Of a stretch of 64,000 nt of DNA, positions 30,094-39,747 are shown one piece after another. The first letter of the stretch is position 1; each line of letters begins with the position of its first letter. This DNA is from Flavisolibacter sp. GTDB taxonomy: Bacteria > Bacteroidota > Bacteroidia > Chitinophagales > Chitinophagaceae. The translations under genes and the position numbers were made by a program. Below the pieces are notes generated by a model, which was not told the DNA's origin, made no database searches, and saw only the letters and a list, made by a program, of their open reading frames with translations. Where the stretch lies: the NCBI GenBank assembly GCA_035761965.1, contig DASTPZ010000131.1, positions 1,925 through 65,924 of the forward strand. The letters are read 5' to 3'.

Positions 30094-30180
30094 ACTGCAT
30101 TGCAAAGCGTCCGACGAAATGTCTTTGCAAGAATTTTCTAACAGCTTAAGCGACATTGGGAAAACAATCTGCTACTCTGC

Positions 30181-30681
30181 TCACCGCGGAAGGGCAGCGG
30201 CGGACTGCTTTATCTGCAAAAGACGTTTTTCGAAAAAGCCGGTTTCCATGTCCTCTTCACTATACCTGATCTCTTCCAGGAGAGTCATAAAGTCTTCGGG
30301 ATGCACGGCTTTTTTTCCATCGGCCAGACCGATATGTGTAAAGCCGGCCCAGTATACAGCTTTGATGTGCGATCTTACTTCATCCATCATCAGCATTTCG
30401 ACCTTGAGCGTTGTGGTACTGTAATCGATCAGCCGCGATACCAGCATAATTGTCTCCCGGTAGACCGCCGGCCTCAGGTAGGCGAGCTGGTTTTGTGTTA
30501 CAACCCAGGACCTGCCTTTTGAAGCCCATTCCACCAACGATATGCCATAGGCTTCTTCGATATGGGTTTCCCTGGCATCCAGGAAATAGTCGATATAACG
30601 CGCGTTGTTCAAATGACGGAAAGGATCGCAATCGCTAAAGGCAATAAGTTTTTTAGTTTCCGGCTGAATAGGCCTGGCCAT
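30181..30681 (-). CDS. Acyl-CoA thioesterase (hotdog fold, 4HBT/YbgC-like)
   Basis: FSDCDPFRHLNNARYIDYF motif. Confidence 0.9.
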   Translation of the reverse strand: MARPIQPETKKLIAFSDCDPFRHLNNARYIDYFLDARETHIEEAYGISLVEWASKGRSWVVTQNQLAYLRPAVYRETIMLVSRLIDYSTTTLKVEMLMMDEVRSHIKAVYWAGFTHIGLADGKKAVHPEDFMTLLEEIRYSEEDMETGFFEKRLLQIKQSAAALPR

Positions 30682-30757
30682 AACAAAGGTTTTTAGTTAA
30701 ATGGCAGCTTCTTAAGCTGTGTTGCCGGTAAAGCTACAAAGGCCTTAAGCTCGGGAT

Positions 30758-30773
30758 TTGAATAAAAGCGACA
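30758..30773 (-). promoter_or_regulatory. Putative AraC-family activator site upstream of the thioesterase
   Basis: TGTCGCTTTTATTCAA lies between the AraC stop and the next gene; resemblance to GTCG-TTTT-CAA sites is from recall and was not verified. Confidence 0.3.
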
Positions 30774-30794
30774 GGTGGAGAAAGAGCACAGCTG

Positions 30795-31550
30795 TTATGA
30801 TAAGCCGGCCTTCCTCAGGCCCTCGGGACTTAATCCCGCATACCGCTTGCATTCCCTGGAAAGATGGGCATGATCGGCATAACCCAGCTCAACCGAAAGC
30901 CGAAGCAGGCTTTCGTTCAACCCATTGCTCTTTAGTTTTTTTATGGCGGTTTGAAAGCGCAGGATATTGGCTATTTCTTTTGGAGGGGCGCCGGTTCCCA
31001 GCTTAAAATGCCGTTCCAGCGTGCGCGTGCTGATATTGTAAAGACCGGCCAGCCTCGAAATGGCGAGCTGCCCTCTCGCTTTGCGCATTTCCTGTACCAA
31101 TTGCACCAGCAAGGGCTGCGATGAAGGCAGCTTGCTTAAGAAAAAATCGTCCAGCCTTTCTTTCAGCCCATCATCAGGTTCGAGCAGCATTTGCAGCTCC
31201 GGTTCGTGGAAATCGCCAATGACATTCACGATGCCATCAGCCGGATGACCATACAGTGAATGAAACCCTCCCGGCAGGAAGCGTATGCCGATGAAGCAGC
31301 TGGCCGGCTGACGCTCGAGCGTTCCTGGTGTGGTTGCCGTGCCTGCGATGTAGAGCCTTCCCGGCTTAAGCAGGCCATTGCAGGGAAAGGTTTTCACAAT
31401 TGATTGCCCACAGTTATAAATGAGATTGATGCACCCGTCTGCATAAAGCTGCCTTGTGCAGGAGCTGAAGTCGGCACCGGTTTGTACCACCCAATAGCGG
31501 TGTATATAGTTTTGAAGAAGAGGGGCCGGTGCCCATTCGGCAGACAGCAT
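30795..31550 (-). CDS. AraC family transcriptional regulator (DUF6597-like N-terminus)
   Basis: ADGCINL, GIRFLPGG; HTH ISTRTLERHF...GYADHAHLSRECKRYAG. Confidence 0.9.
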   Translation of the reverse strand: MLSAEWAPAPLLQNYIHRYWVVQTGADFSSCTRQLYADGCINLIYNCGQSIVKTFPCNGLLKPGRLYIAGTATTPGTLERQPASCFIGIRFLPGGFHSLYGHPADGIVNVIGDFHEPELQMLLEPDDGLKERLDDFFLSKLPSSQPLLVQLVQEMRKARGQLAISRLAGLYNISTRTLERHFKLGTGAPPKEIANILRFQTAIKKLKSNGLNESLLRLSVELGYADHAHLSRECKRYAGLSPEGLRKAGLS

Positions 31551-31622
31551 ACAATAAAATTAGGCAATGATGACGAAGGCCGCATGTAGTATTTGCTGAT
31601 TTATCCGGGCTTTTGGCCTTGC

Positions 31623-32309
31623 TTAGTTTGCCGGAAGCCAAAACCTGATCCTGCCTTCCATGCTGATGGCATCGACATGGCCTACTACCCCTCCGGAATT
31701 AAGCGCATGGATATGCATGTTGCTTGTATGATGTGTAAAAACTCCATGATGGCTGTCCGAATAAAAACCAAGCAGCTCTAGCTTCTCGCCTTTCAAAGCA
31801 AGTTCTGCTGCAAATTGCCTGTGATTATCCATGGTATGCTCCGTACCCTTCTGCCAGTCGATTATATGCATGCTGCCGCTGGCTATGGCTTCCATCCTGA
31901 ATACAAAGGGCTGTTCGGGATCGAGGCCTTGCTGCTTTGCCAGCACAGCTACGATCTTCTCGAGCTCCTTATAACCGGTAATGGAAAGAATGGTATCAAT
32001 AGCCTTCCACCGGCTTACATGGCTGTAGACCAGCATGGCAGCTTCATTTACCTCGTTTTTCGCCGGCCGTATGCCTTTGCTTGTAACCGAAGCACTATAC
32101 ACGGTACCATCAAGAACCATGATCTCTCCTTTAAGGCCTGCCACAGGGCCAAGAGCATAAAGATCTTTTTTGGCGAACGTATCCAGCCTGGCGTGTGCGG
32201 TGAGGTCGGCCTTTTGCATGATATACTTCATGGCACCTGAAACCTTCACGGACTGTGCCAGAACAGGCAGGGAAACAATAGCGAGGAAAAAACAAACAAC
32301 AGAACGCAT
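31623..32309 (-). CDS. Acetolactate decarboxylase-family protein with signal peptide
   Basis: ALGPVAGLKGEIMVLDG; GFYS...THH..NMHIH...GHVD Zn-binding His pattern; cleavable signal (VLA-Q). Confidence 0.75.
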   Translation of the reverse strand: MRSVVCFFLAIVSLPVLAQSVKVSGAMKYIMQKADLTAHARLDTFAKKDLYALGPVAGLKGEIMVLDGTVYSASVTSKGIRPAKNEVNEAAMLVYSHVSRWKAIDTILSITGYKELEKIVAVLAKQQGLDPEQPFVFRMEAIASGSMHIIDWQKGTEHTMDNHRQFAAELALKGEKLELLGFYSDSHHGVFTHHTSNMHIHALNSGGVVGHVDAISMEGRIRFWLPAN

Positions 32310-32353
32310 TATAAGCCTAAGTTAGGCATTGATCACGATACGGTAACCTAACA

Positions 32354-33475
32354 TTACCGTGGAACAAGCAGGCTTTGCGGCTGTAGCGATGCCTCCGTTT
32401 CGGAAAGCGGCGAAAGCTCCGGCTCGATCAGGGGAATGCTCACGAGGAAATGGGTGCTGCCATGTTCGATGGACGGCGCCTTTCGATTAAGCAGCCGGTA
32501 GCGTGTATTGATCGTATGCAAGCCTATGCCCGTCGACTCCGCCCTTAGTTTTCTGGCACAAAGCGTATTCCGGACAACCAGGTTTTGACCCTCTGACCTG
32601 ATCTCAATTCTCAGGGGCTGGTCTTTATGGACTGTATTATGCTTTACGGCATTCTCTACCAGCAACTGCAGGGTAAGCGGCGGAAGAAGGAAGGCATCCA
32701 GCTCTGCGTCCGTTGCGACCTCCATGCTAAGACCGGCGCCATACCTTGTTTTGAGCAGGTGATAGTAAGAATGCAGGAACTGCAGCTCCTGCTGCAGCGT
32801 GGTAAGCTCGCTTTGATGGTTGCGCAGCAGGTAGCGGAATACCTTGGTGAGCTCGTTGAGAAATGCGTCGGCCTCCGCAGGGTTCTCACAAATAAGCGAT
32901 GAAAGTGAGTTGAGGTTGTTGAAAAGAAAGTGTGGGTTCACAATGCCTTTAAGCTGCTGCAGCTCGGCCATCAGCTTTTCCTTTTCCAGCCTCTCCCTTT
33001 CTTTTTCTGCATGCCTGAGCCTTTGAAAATGATACAGGATCCCATAGGACGCCGACGCCAGCGTAAAGCAGAAGATGCCAAAGAAGATCGAAGAGCCAAT
33101 CACGCCTTCCGTGAGATTGGTGTTATTGATATAAAGACTTGAGCCTGTCGATGCATACAGCTTCCACTCGCCATAATTGAGCTGATTGCGGATCAGCTTC
33201 CCGGCAATAAATACCAGCGACATATAGCCGGCACCCAATGGAAAAATAAGCGGCATACGCTTCCAGCGTCCCCGTTTTGAAGCAAACCATGTTCTGCTGC
33301 GGTAAATAAGATACCGGGCACCCTCGAAAGCAGCAACCATGGTAATGAAGAAAATCAGTGTGGCAATGGTCGAGTTGGGAAGGTTCTTGGTACCCTGCAC
33401 AACAGCCCAACACTGTATCGAAACCGGCAGCGCCACCAGTACGATTCTCAACCATCTATCTTTTATTTTGACCAA
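32354..33475 (-). CDS. LytS-type membrane histidine kinase (orphan)
   Basis: About four TM segments; VNPHFLFNNLN; LQLLVENAVKHN; STGIGL. Confidence 0.9.
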   Translation of the reverse strand: MVKIKDRWLRIVLVALPVSIQCWAVVQGTKNLPNSTIATLIFFITMVAAFEGARYLIYRSRTWFASKRGRWKRMPLIFPLGAGYMSLVFIAGKLIRNQLNYGEWKLYASTGSSLYINNTNLTEGVIGSSIFFGIFCFTLASASYGILYHFQRLRHAEKERERLEKEKLMAELQQLKGIVNPHFLFNNLNSLSSLICENPAEADAFLNELTKVFRYLLRNHQSELTTLQQELQFLHSYYHLLKTRYGAGLSMEVATDAELDAFLLPPLTLQLLVENAVKHNTVHKDQPLRIEIRSEGQNLVVRNTLCARKLRAESTGIGLHTINTRYRLLNRKAPSIEHGSTHFLVSIPLIEPELSPLSETEASLQPQSLLVPR

Positions 33476-33637
33476 AAGCCTTTTTTGAGGCGTTAAAACT
33501 AGGTTTTAAATGGCAGAATCCGCTTGGGTGAAGCCAAAAGGGCAAAATGAAGGGTTTAAGTCCTGGTTACGTGCTATAATGATGATAAAGCCAACCCTGC
33601 CTCAACCATTTCGGGACTCTAGCGTTATTCTACTACT

Positions 33638-33862
33638 ATGGCCACGATCAATCTAACCGAAAGTTTTGGGACCAGTTGCACACTAAGCGACAGCAGCCTG
33701 AAAGTCAAGATGTTCATTCATAAAGACCCCAGGGAGGCGGAAAATGCCATCCAGCAGTGGCTGGCCGATACCGCTCCTGTAATACGGCACATCGCCCAGT
33801 CTCAAAGTGAGAAGGGAGGCAGCTTCATATTTGTGCTTACCGTATTTTTCGAGGAAGTATAA
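33638..33862 (+). CDS. Small hypothetical protein (Cse60/DUF2758-like pattern)
   Basis: 74 aa filling the gap between genes; VKMF..D..EAENAIQQWL...I.HIAQS...FVLTVFF beta-alpha-beta-beta pattern. Confidence 0.65.
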   Translation: MATINLTESFGTSCTLSDSSLKVKMFIHKDPREAENAIQQWLADTAPVIRHIAQSQSEKGGSFIFVLTVFFEEV

Positions 33863-33959
33863 ATCAAAGGTGCCGGCAGCCTCGCAATATTCAGCAATGG
33901 TGTTTTATTCCATCCATCTACGTGGCAGGCGGCACCTTTCGCCAGGGCTTCTTTATAAA

Positions 33960-35486
33960 CTATGCAAGCTCCTTTATCTCGACCATTTCAAGACCCTTGC
34001 GTGCCGGGCCGGTCAATACTTCGCCGTCTATTGTATAACGGGCACCATGACAAGGACAATCCCAGCTCTTTTCAGCGCTGTTCCATCCCACTGTACACTT
34101 GGCATGGGTACAGGTAGGATTGATGGCATGTATCTCCCCATGCTCATCCTTGTAAAGAGCAAGCGTTGAGCCTTCATATTTTACTAGCCTTCCTTCGCCA
34201 GGCGCCAGATCGGCGAGCTCGGTCAGTTTTTCCCTAGAAAGGCGTTTGCCGATGAACTCTTTGACCACATCGAGGTTTTCTTTTACAAAATTCGCAAAGC
34301 CTGCCACAGGCTTCACCCTTCCGGGGTTCAGCAGCCTGGTATATGCGCTTTCGCCGGTTGTAATGAGCTCTGTGAGGGCAAGGGCGGCGATATGGCTATA
34401 GGTCATGCCGTTTCCGCTATAGCCGGTTGCCACCAGAACATTAGCCGGGTTACCTGGCAGATGCCCGATATAGGCAAGTCCGTCGGCCGGTTCGAAGTAT
34501 TGCGATGACCATCTGAACGACACTTCTCCCACCTTAAAATACTTTCTTACATAAGCTTCGAGCCGGGTAAAGCAGGCTTCGGTATTTTCCTCATGGGCTG
34601 TTTTATGGTCCTCTCCTCCCGCTATCAGGTATTTTTCACCGTCGACCTCCTGCGTGCGGAAATAGTGATAAGGATCGTACATATCGTAAGCCAGCCCATC
34701 AGGATAGGCACCATCCTCCAGCTTCAAGGCAATGGCATAACTGCGATAAGGCGCACAGCGGAAATGAAGAAGGTTGATGCCGGGAGGGATATGCGTGGCC
34801 CAGACAAGGAATTTTGCTTTGATCGGTCCGAGACTCGTGTCTACCGACAATACATCATCGCCTTCGAACTCCAATACCCTGCATTGCTGCAGAATGATCC
34901 CTCCTGCCTGTTCAAATGCTTCTGCGAGCGCATACACATAACGCGTAGCATGCACCTGGGCCTGGCCCGGAAACACAATGGCTTTTTGAAATTCGACCGG
35001 TACGGGTATCCTGTCTATATAGGCCACTTCAACACCGGCTTTTTTGGATGCCTCGAATATCTTATCCAGCTCTTCGGTTTGCCGGTCGTCTTGCGAATAG
35101 ATATAGCCGGCCTTGTGCTCAAAGCCGCAATCGATATGATAGCTTTCTATATTGCTTTGATAAAGATCGAGCGCCTGCATGGCAGCTTTTGCCAGCAACT
35201 GGGCATCATCCTCCCCAAATTTCGACTGCACCTGGTTATATGTGGTATCGAAAAAGCTGTTCAGATGCGAGGTTGTTCCGCCTGTTGTGCCAAAACAAAG
35301 ATTATGTGCTTCGGCTACGATGCAACGCTTGCCGGCCTTCTGCAACTGGAGGGCGGTAGCAATACCGGTAACGCCGCCGCCTACGATCAATACATCGTAT
35401 ATATCATTGCCGGCTGCCTGAACTTTATTGGGATAATCAGGCATATTATGCTGCCAAAGGCTGCTGAGGGCTCCATCTCTTTTCAT
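33960..35486 (-). CDS. FAD-dependent oxidoreductase with C-terminal Rieske [2Fe-2S] domain (YhfW-like)
   Basis: VGGGVTG FAD motif; TGYSGNGMT; CTHAKC...WDCPCHG Rieske motifs. Confidence 0.93.
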   Translation of the reverse strand: MKRDGALSSLWQHNMPDYPNKVQAAGNDIYDVLIVGGGVTGIATALQLQKAGKRCIVAEAHNLCFGTTGGTTSHLNSFFDTTYNQVQSKFGEDDAQLLAKAAMQALDLYQSNIESYHIDCGFEHKAGYIYSQDDRQTEELDKIFEASKKAGVEVAYIDRIPVPVEFQKAIVFPGQAQVHATRYVYALAEAFEQAGGIILQQCRVLEFEGDDVLSVDTSLGPIKAKFLVWATHIPPGINLLHFRCAPYRSYAIALKLEDGAYPDGLAYDMYDPYHYFRTQEVDGEKYLIAGGEDHKTAHEENTEACFTRLEAYVRKYFKVGEVSFRWSSQYFEPADGLAYIGHLPGNPANVLVATGYSGNGMTYSHIAALALTELITTGESAYTRLLNPGRVKPVAGFANFVKENLDVVKEFIGKRLSREKLTELADLAPGEGRLVKYEGSTLALYKDEHGEIHAINPTCTHAKCTVGWNSAEKSWDCPCHGARYTIDGEVLTGPARKGLEMVEIKELA

Positions 35487-35601
35487 ACGACATTTTTCAG
35501 TAGAGCCGAAAAAAATGTGCCGGGCACAGGTCGCGTTTGTTCATCTTCCAGCGCAGACAGACCGGTAAAAATGCCGGGACCGGTTGCATTCGCAGGCCTT
35601 A

Positions 35602-35919
35602 TCACCATTTTTCTTCATTGTCGCGAGGAGGATCTTTTCTCAATGCTTCCCTTATCCTTCTTTTCTCGGCAAGCCGCTCGATGATCAGACCGCTGATCAA
35701 TTCGGCTGCGTCTTTCCCGGGTTCTGCGCGAAGCAGCTGCCTTAGCTTTTTCTCGTCTACATCTACCCTGTACAGCAAGTGGAGGAGGGCAGAAAAATCG
35801 TTGTTCACCAATGAACGCACCAGGGACAGGAGACGCGCACCCGCGGCCTCACGTTCCGCATCCGGTAAGCTTACAGAGAGGCAAAGCAGCACTTCTTCCA
35901 CATCCTTATCTTCCTTCAT
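35602..35919 (-). CDS. Hypothetical protein (conserved Bacteroidota type)
   Basis: LVNNDFSALLHLLYRVDVDE...LIIERLAEKRRIR pattern. Confidence 0.75.
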   Translation of the reverse strand: MKEDKDVEEVLLCLSVSLPDAEREAAGARLLSLVRSLVNNDFSALLHLLYRVDVDEKKLRQLLRAEPGKDAAELISGLIIERLAEKRRIREALRKDPPRDNEEKW

Positions 35920-36024
35920 ATGGCTTAAATATCCGACATATCCTGATATTCAACCGTTAATCCAAAAACGAATCCGACTTCTACGAACATCGTCGTATTA
36001 TTGGCCTTCAGTTTTGAACCGCTT

Positions 36025-38817
36025 ATGAAAAAGATATTACTCCTCACTTTCGTTTTCCTTGCTGCTTTCACCATGGTAAACGCCCAGGGATCCGTAAAAG
36101 GCAAGCTGACCGACACTACGCAAAAAAATCCGCTGGGCCTTGCCACCGTCACCATCTTTGAGGCCAGCGATACGGTGCTTATTACCTACCGCCTGAGCAA
36201 TGCACAGGGCGAGTTCCGTGTTCCCGGGCTGCCTCTTAATAAAGCACTAAGGGCAGTGATCTCCTACTCGGGTTACGAGGCATTCAGAAAGGAATTTACG
36301 CTTACCGATGAGAACGCGCTGGACCTTGGCACCATTGCCATGCAGCCCAGCAGCAAATCGCTCGATGAAGTGCTGGTGATCGCTGAAAGACCGCCTGTGA
36401 CGGTTAAAAAAGATACCATCGAATTCAACGCATCCTCGTTTAAGACCCTGCCTACCTCGCTTGTAGAAGACCTGCTTAAGAAGCTTCCTGGCGTACAGGT
36501 GGATGCAGAAGGCAATATCACAGCCAATGGAAGAAAAGTGAACCGCATCATGGTGGACGGAAAGGCATTTTTTGGCGATGATCCGAAAATGGCCACCAGG
36601 AATCTTCCTGCCAATGTGATCGATAAGATCCAGGTTACCGAAGACAAGGACGAGGCCAACCGCAATACCGATGGCGATCTTTCGAATGTTGGACAGGTGA
36701 TCAACCTCACACTTAAGAAAGGTGTCAAGAAAGGCTGGTTCGGAAAGCTCTATGCGGGTGCAGGCACCGACGACCGGTATGAAATAGGTGGTATCGCCAA
36801 TATTTACCGTGATACGATGCAGCTAAGCGTGCTGGGCTTCAGCAATAACCTGAACCGCAGCGGCTTTTCGTTTAAAGAAGTGCAGGATCTTGGCGGATTT
36901 AACCGAAGTGGCTTTAACTCGGTGTCTATGTACAGCCGTCCCGGCGGCCAGCAGGGCTTTTCGCTCAATGGCATTTCATTTGGCGGCCTTGATGCCGGTA
37001 TTGCCAGGACCTCGGGTGCCGGCTTCAATCTTAACCATGCGCCCAACAAGAAAAAATCATTCTTCCTCCAGTACTTTTTCGGCAATACTGAAAACGATAT
37101 CCGCCAGCTGAACAATATCCAGCAATTCCTCGGCGACACAGTTGAGAACAGGCGCTCCACCACGCAGAACGACCGCTCGGTATTTACCCATAACGTAGCA
37201 GCAGGCGCCAACCTCAAACCCGACTCGCTTACCGATATTACCCTGAGGGCATCGTATTCCTATAGTGCGACAGACGAGAACATCGTTTCGGCTATCGATG
37301 TGAGGACTAACAAGGGGGGCCTGATAAGCACGGCGGAGGGTTTGCAGTTCAACAACCGCTATGCCAACAGCTATTCTCATTCAGTGATGCTCACGAGGCG
37401 TTTTGCGGCCAAAAAAGGAAGAACACTGAATTTTTCCAATTTCACCAACTACAACAAAAATCTGCAGCGGTACATCACCGAGTCGGATAACGAATTCTTC
37501 CAGCCGGTATATTTTAACAGGCTTTTCAACCAGTTGCGCAGGGAGGATGTTCCTACGCTCTCCTCTAATTTGAACCTCGCCTATACCGAACCCCTGTCAA
37601 AAAAATGGACGCTTCGCTGGAACAACCGCTACGAATACCTTAAGGACAAGCAGGACATCGGCATCTACGACAAGAACGCCAGCAACCAGTACGAGAACAT
37701 CGACGACAGCCAGAGCAGCGGCTTCGAACGCATACAGAACCGCGTAGCCACAACGCTTTCGCTTTCGTACAAGATCAAGCAGGCCACGCTTACCGCAGGA
37801 TTGGGTGGGTTGTGGCAACATATCGATAACCGGTTTAAATCCCTTGGCCAGCCGATCGAGAACAGTCTGTTCGATATATTACCCAGCTTTTCCTTCAACC
37901 TGAAGCAGCTGTCGGCCAGCTATAACCAGAATGTGAGCGCCCCGGCCATCGTTTACCTCAACCCGGTGCCCGACAGTACCAATCCTTTCAATATACGTTA
38001 TGGTAATCCTTTTCTGTCGCCCATCAAGCGCCACTCTTTCCAGGTCAGCAATTTCAATTTCTTCCAGGGAACAGGAGCAAGCTATAACTTCTATATCAAT
38101 GGTAATTTCTCCGACAATGATGTGATCTGGAGCCGGCTTGTCAAGCCCAATGGTGTTCAGGAGCTGAGGCCGGTGAATGCAGGCAGCACCGCCAATCTTT
38201 ACGCGCAGGTGGGCTTTGGAAAAGAATACAAGAACAAGCAGAAATTCATTTTCTCTTACCGCATATCCCCCTATTTCAACCTCGATAAGAGAAGGCTGAT
38301 CGTGAACGACCGGATGAGTACAGTTACTGCTATCAGCTTTGGTCCAAGTGTTAATATAGGTCTTAACTGGAACGATATCGTTGAATTCAGGCCGCAGTAT
38401 AGTCCCGGTTTCAACCGCACTTCTTATACCGATGATTATTTTACCGACCTGGAAGTTATTACCCACTACATCGAGACAGAGCTTATTGTACGCTGGCCCA
38501 AAAAGCTTGTCTGGGAAACCAACCTGGCCTATCGAAATACCAACCAGGTGGCGCCCGGTCTTCCCAAGACCAATGTGCTCTGGAATGCGGCGGTTACCCT
38601 GCTGATGCTGAAGAATGATGTTGGCCTGCTTAAGCTCAGTGTTTTTGATATCCTTGACCGCAACAACGGTTTTGGCCGCTCCGCTACCCAAAACCAGATC
38701 ATCGATAACCAGACCAATGTGCTCCAGCGTTATGCACAGCTTTCGTTTACCTACAATATCCGCAACATCGGTGCACCCAAAAAAGTAGGCGGCAGGGACA
38801 GGCTGTTTATGTTTTAA
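36025..38817 (+). CDS. Outer-membrane beta-barrel protein with carboxypeptidase-regulatory-like domain
   Basis: Signal peptide; KKDTIEFNASSFK; LLKKLPGVQVD; ATRNLPA; RYAQLSFTYN. Confidence 0.9.
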   Translation: MKKILLLTFVFLAAFTMVNAQGSVKGKLTDTTQKNPLGLATVTIFEASDTVLITYRLSNAQGEFRVPGLPLNKALRAVISYSGYEAFRKEFTLTDENALDLGTIAMQPSSKSLDEVLVIAERPPVTVKKDTIEFNASSFKTLPTSLVEDLLKKLPGVQVDAEGNITANGRKVNRIMVDGKAFFGDDPKMATRNLPANVIDKIQVTEDKDEANRNTDGDLSNVGQVINLTLKKGVKKGWFGKLYAGAGTDDRYEIGGIANIYRDTMQLSVLGFSNNLNRSGFSFKEVQDLGGFNRSGFNSVSMYSRPGGQQGFSLNGISFGGLDAGIARTSGAGFNLNHAPNKKKSFFLQYFFGNTENDIRQLNNIQQFLGDTVENRRSTTQNDRSVFTHNVAAGANLKPDSLTDITLRASYSYSATDENIVSAIDVRTNKGGLISTAEGLQFNNRYANSYSHSVMLTRRFAAKKGRTLNFSNFTNYNKNLQRYITESDNEFFQPVYFNRLFNQLRREDVPTLSSNLNLAYTEPLSKKWTLRWNNRYEYLKDKQDIGIYDKNASNQYENIDDSQSSGFERIQNRVATTLSLSYKIKQATLTAGLGGLWQHIDNRFKSLGQPIENSLFDILPSFSFNLKQLSASYNQNVSAPAIVYLNPVPDSTNPFNIRYGNPFLSPIKRHSFQVSNFNFFQGTGASYNFYINGNFSDNDVIWSRLVKPNGVQELRPVNAGSTANLYAQVGFGKEYKNKQKFIFSYRISPYFNLDKRRLIVNDRMSTVTAISFGPSVNIGLNWNDIVEFRPQYSPGFNRTSYTDDYFTDLEVITHYIETELIVRWPKKLVWETNLAYRNTNQVAPGLPKTNVLWNAAVTLLMLKNDVGLLKLSVFDILDRNNGFGRSATQNQIIDNQTNVLQRYAQLSFTYNIRNIGAPKKVGGRDRLFMF

Positions 38818-38841
38818 AGAGAAAGCCCTGCGATCATAACT

Positions 38842-39681
38842 TCATAAAAAACCCGGCAACACACTGCCGGGTTTTTTTACTAATTCCTTAAATTTTTCTA
38901 CCACGCCAAGCCCAAAAAGGGAAAAATCGTATTTGGCCGGGTCAGATGCATCAAACCGCCTCAGCTCCTCCGTAAGCTCAAGCGCGGTTTGCCAGTCTAC
39001 GGCATTACGGTTAATGAGGCCGAACCGCTTTGCTACCCTGGCAACATGCAGGTCTATCGGACAAACCAGCTGGGCCGGCGAGATCTCTTTCCAAATGCCA
39101 AAATCAACGCCCTGGCGGTCTTTTCGCACCATCCAGCGCAGGTACATGTTGAGGCGCTTGCAGGTTGAGTTCCTGTCGGGTGTGGCAATGTGCTTTTTTG
39201 TCCGGGGCGGCGCATCGGGAATTGAAAAAAAATACCGGTGAAAGCCCCTGAGGCCTTTTTCGATCGTAGGATCGTGCCGGTCCATCCATAGAGAGAATGC
39301 GCTTTCAAGACTATCGTGCTTCGCATAATGAAAATGCAGGAAGTCCACAAAGTACAGGAGATCCGTTGTATTAAAGGTTCTGTGCTTGAAGGACAAGAGC
39401 GCCTTGCGGCCGGTATCGTCGAGATGGCGAATGAACTGATATGGGGAATTGTCCATGCGCTTCAGCAGCTCACCTGATTTATTGATGATGATTGTGCGGT
39501 TGCCCCAGGCGAAGATGGCGGCAAAAAAGCCGGCGATCTCTATATCCTGCCTTTGCGTGAACCGGTGTGGAATGCAAACAGGATCGGCTTCGATAAATGC
39601 AGGCTTATTGTATTCCAGCACTTTCCTGTCGAGAAATTCTTTCAGCTTCTCCTTCCCTCCCCCTTCTTCCATTGGCTGCAT
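38842..39681 (-). CDS. TIGR02757 / DUF2400 family protein
   Basis: DPVCIPH, AWGNR, STCKRLNMYLRWMVR, DFGIW and DPAKYDFSLFG motifs. Confidence 0.9.
   Translation of the reverse strand: MQPMEEGGGKEKLKEFLDRKVLEYNKPAFIEADPVCIPHRFTQRQDIEIAGFFAAIFAWGNRTIIINKSGELLKRMDNSPYQFIRHLDDTGRKALLSFKHRTFNTTDLLYFVDFLHFHYAKHDSLESAFSLWMDRHDPTIEKGLRGFHRYFFSIPDAPPRTKKHIATPDRNSTCKRLNMYLRWMVRKDRQGVDFGIWKEISPAQLVCPIDLHVARVAKRFGLINRNAVDWQTALELTEELRRFDASDPAKYDFSLFGLGVVEKFKELVKKPGSVLPGFL
38846..38878. terminator. Bidirectional intrinsic terminator
   Basis: AAAAAACCCGGCA-ACACAC-TGCCGGGTTTTTTT between convergent genes. Confidence 0.8.
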
Positions 39682-39747
39682 TTGATGAAAATTGAGCAGA
39701 TATGATGTGCGCCATCGGCAGGTTGCTGGGCGCACATCATATGAATT

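Larger units (their letters stand above)
27030..30170. other. AT-rich horizontally acquired island with no mobility gene visible
   Basis: Hand counts on 60-nt lines: 27% GC at 28501 and 38% at 27961, versus 52% at 26161 in the flank; genes run opposite to the flanking genes; boundaries approximate. Confidence 0.75.

Noticed and set aside
35509-35522. Sigma-54-like motif CGGCACATTTTTTT upstream of the FAD/Rieske gene
   Set aside because: The -12 GC element is missing, too weak to list
34593-35684. 363-aa plus-strand ORF opposite the FAD/Rieske gene
   Set aside because: Antisense shadow; no recognisable domain
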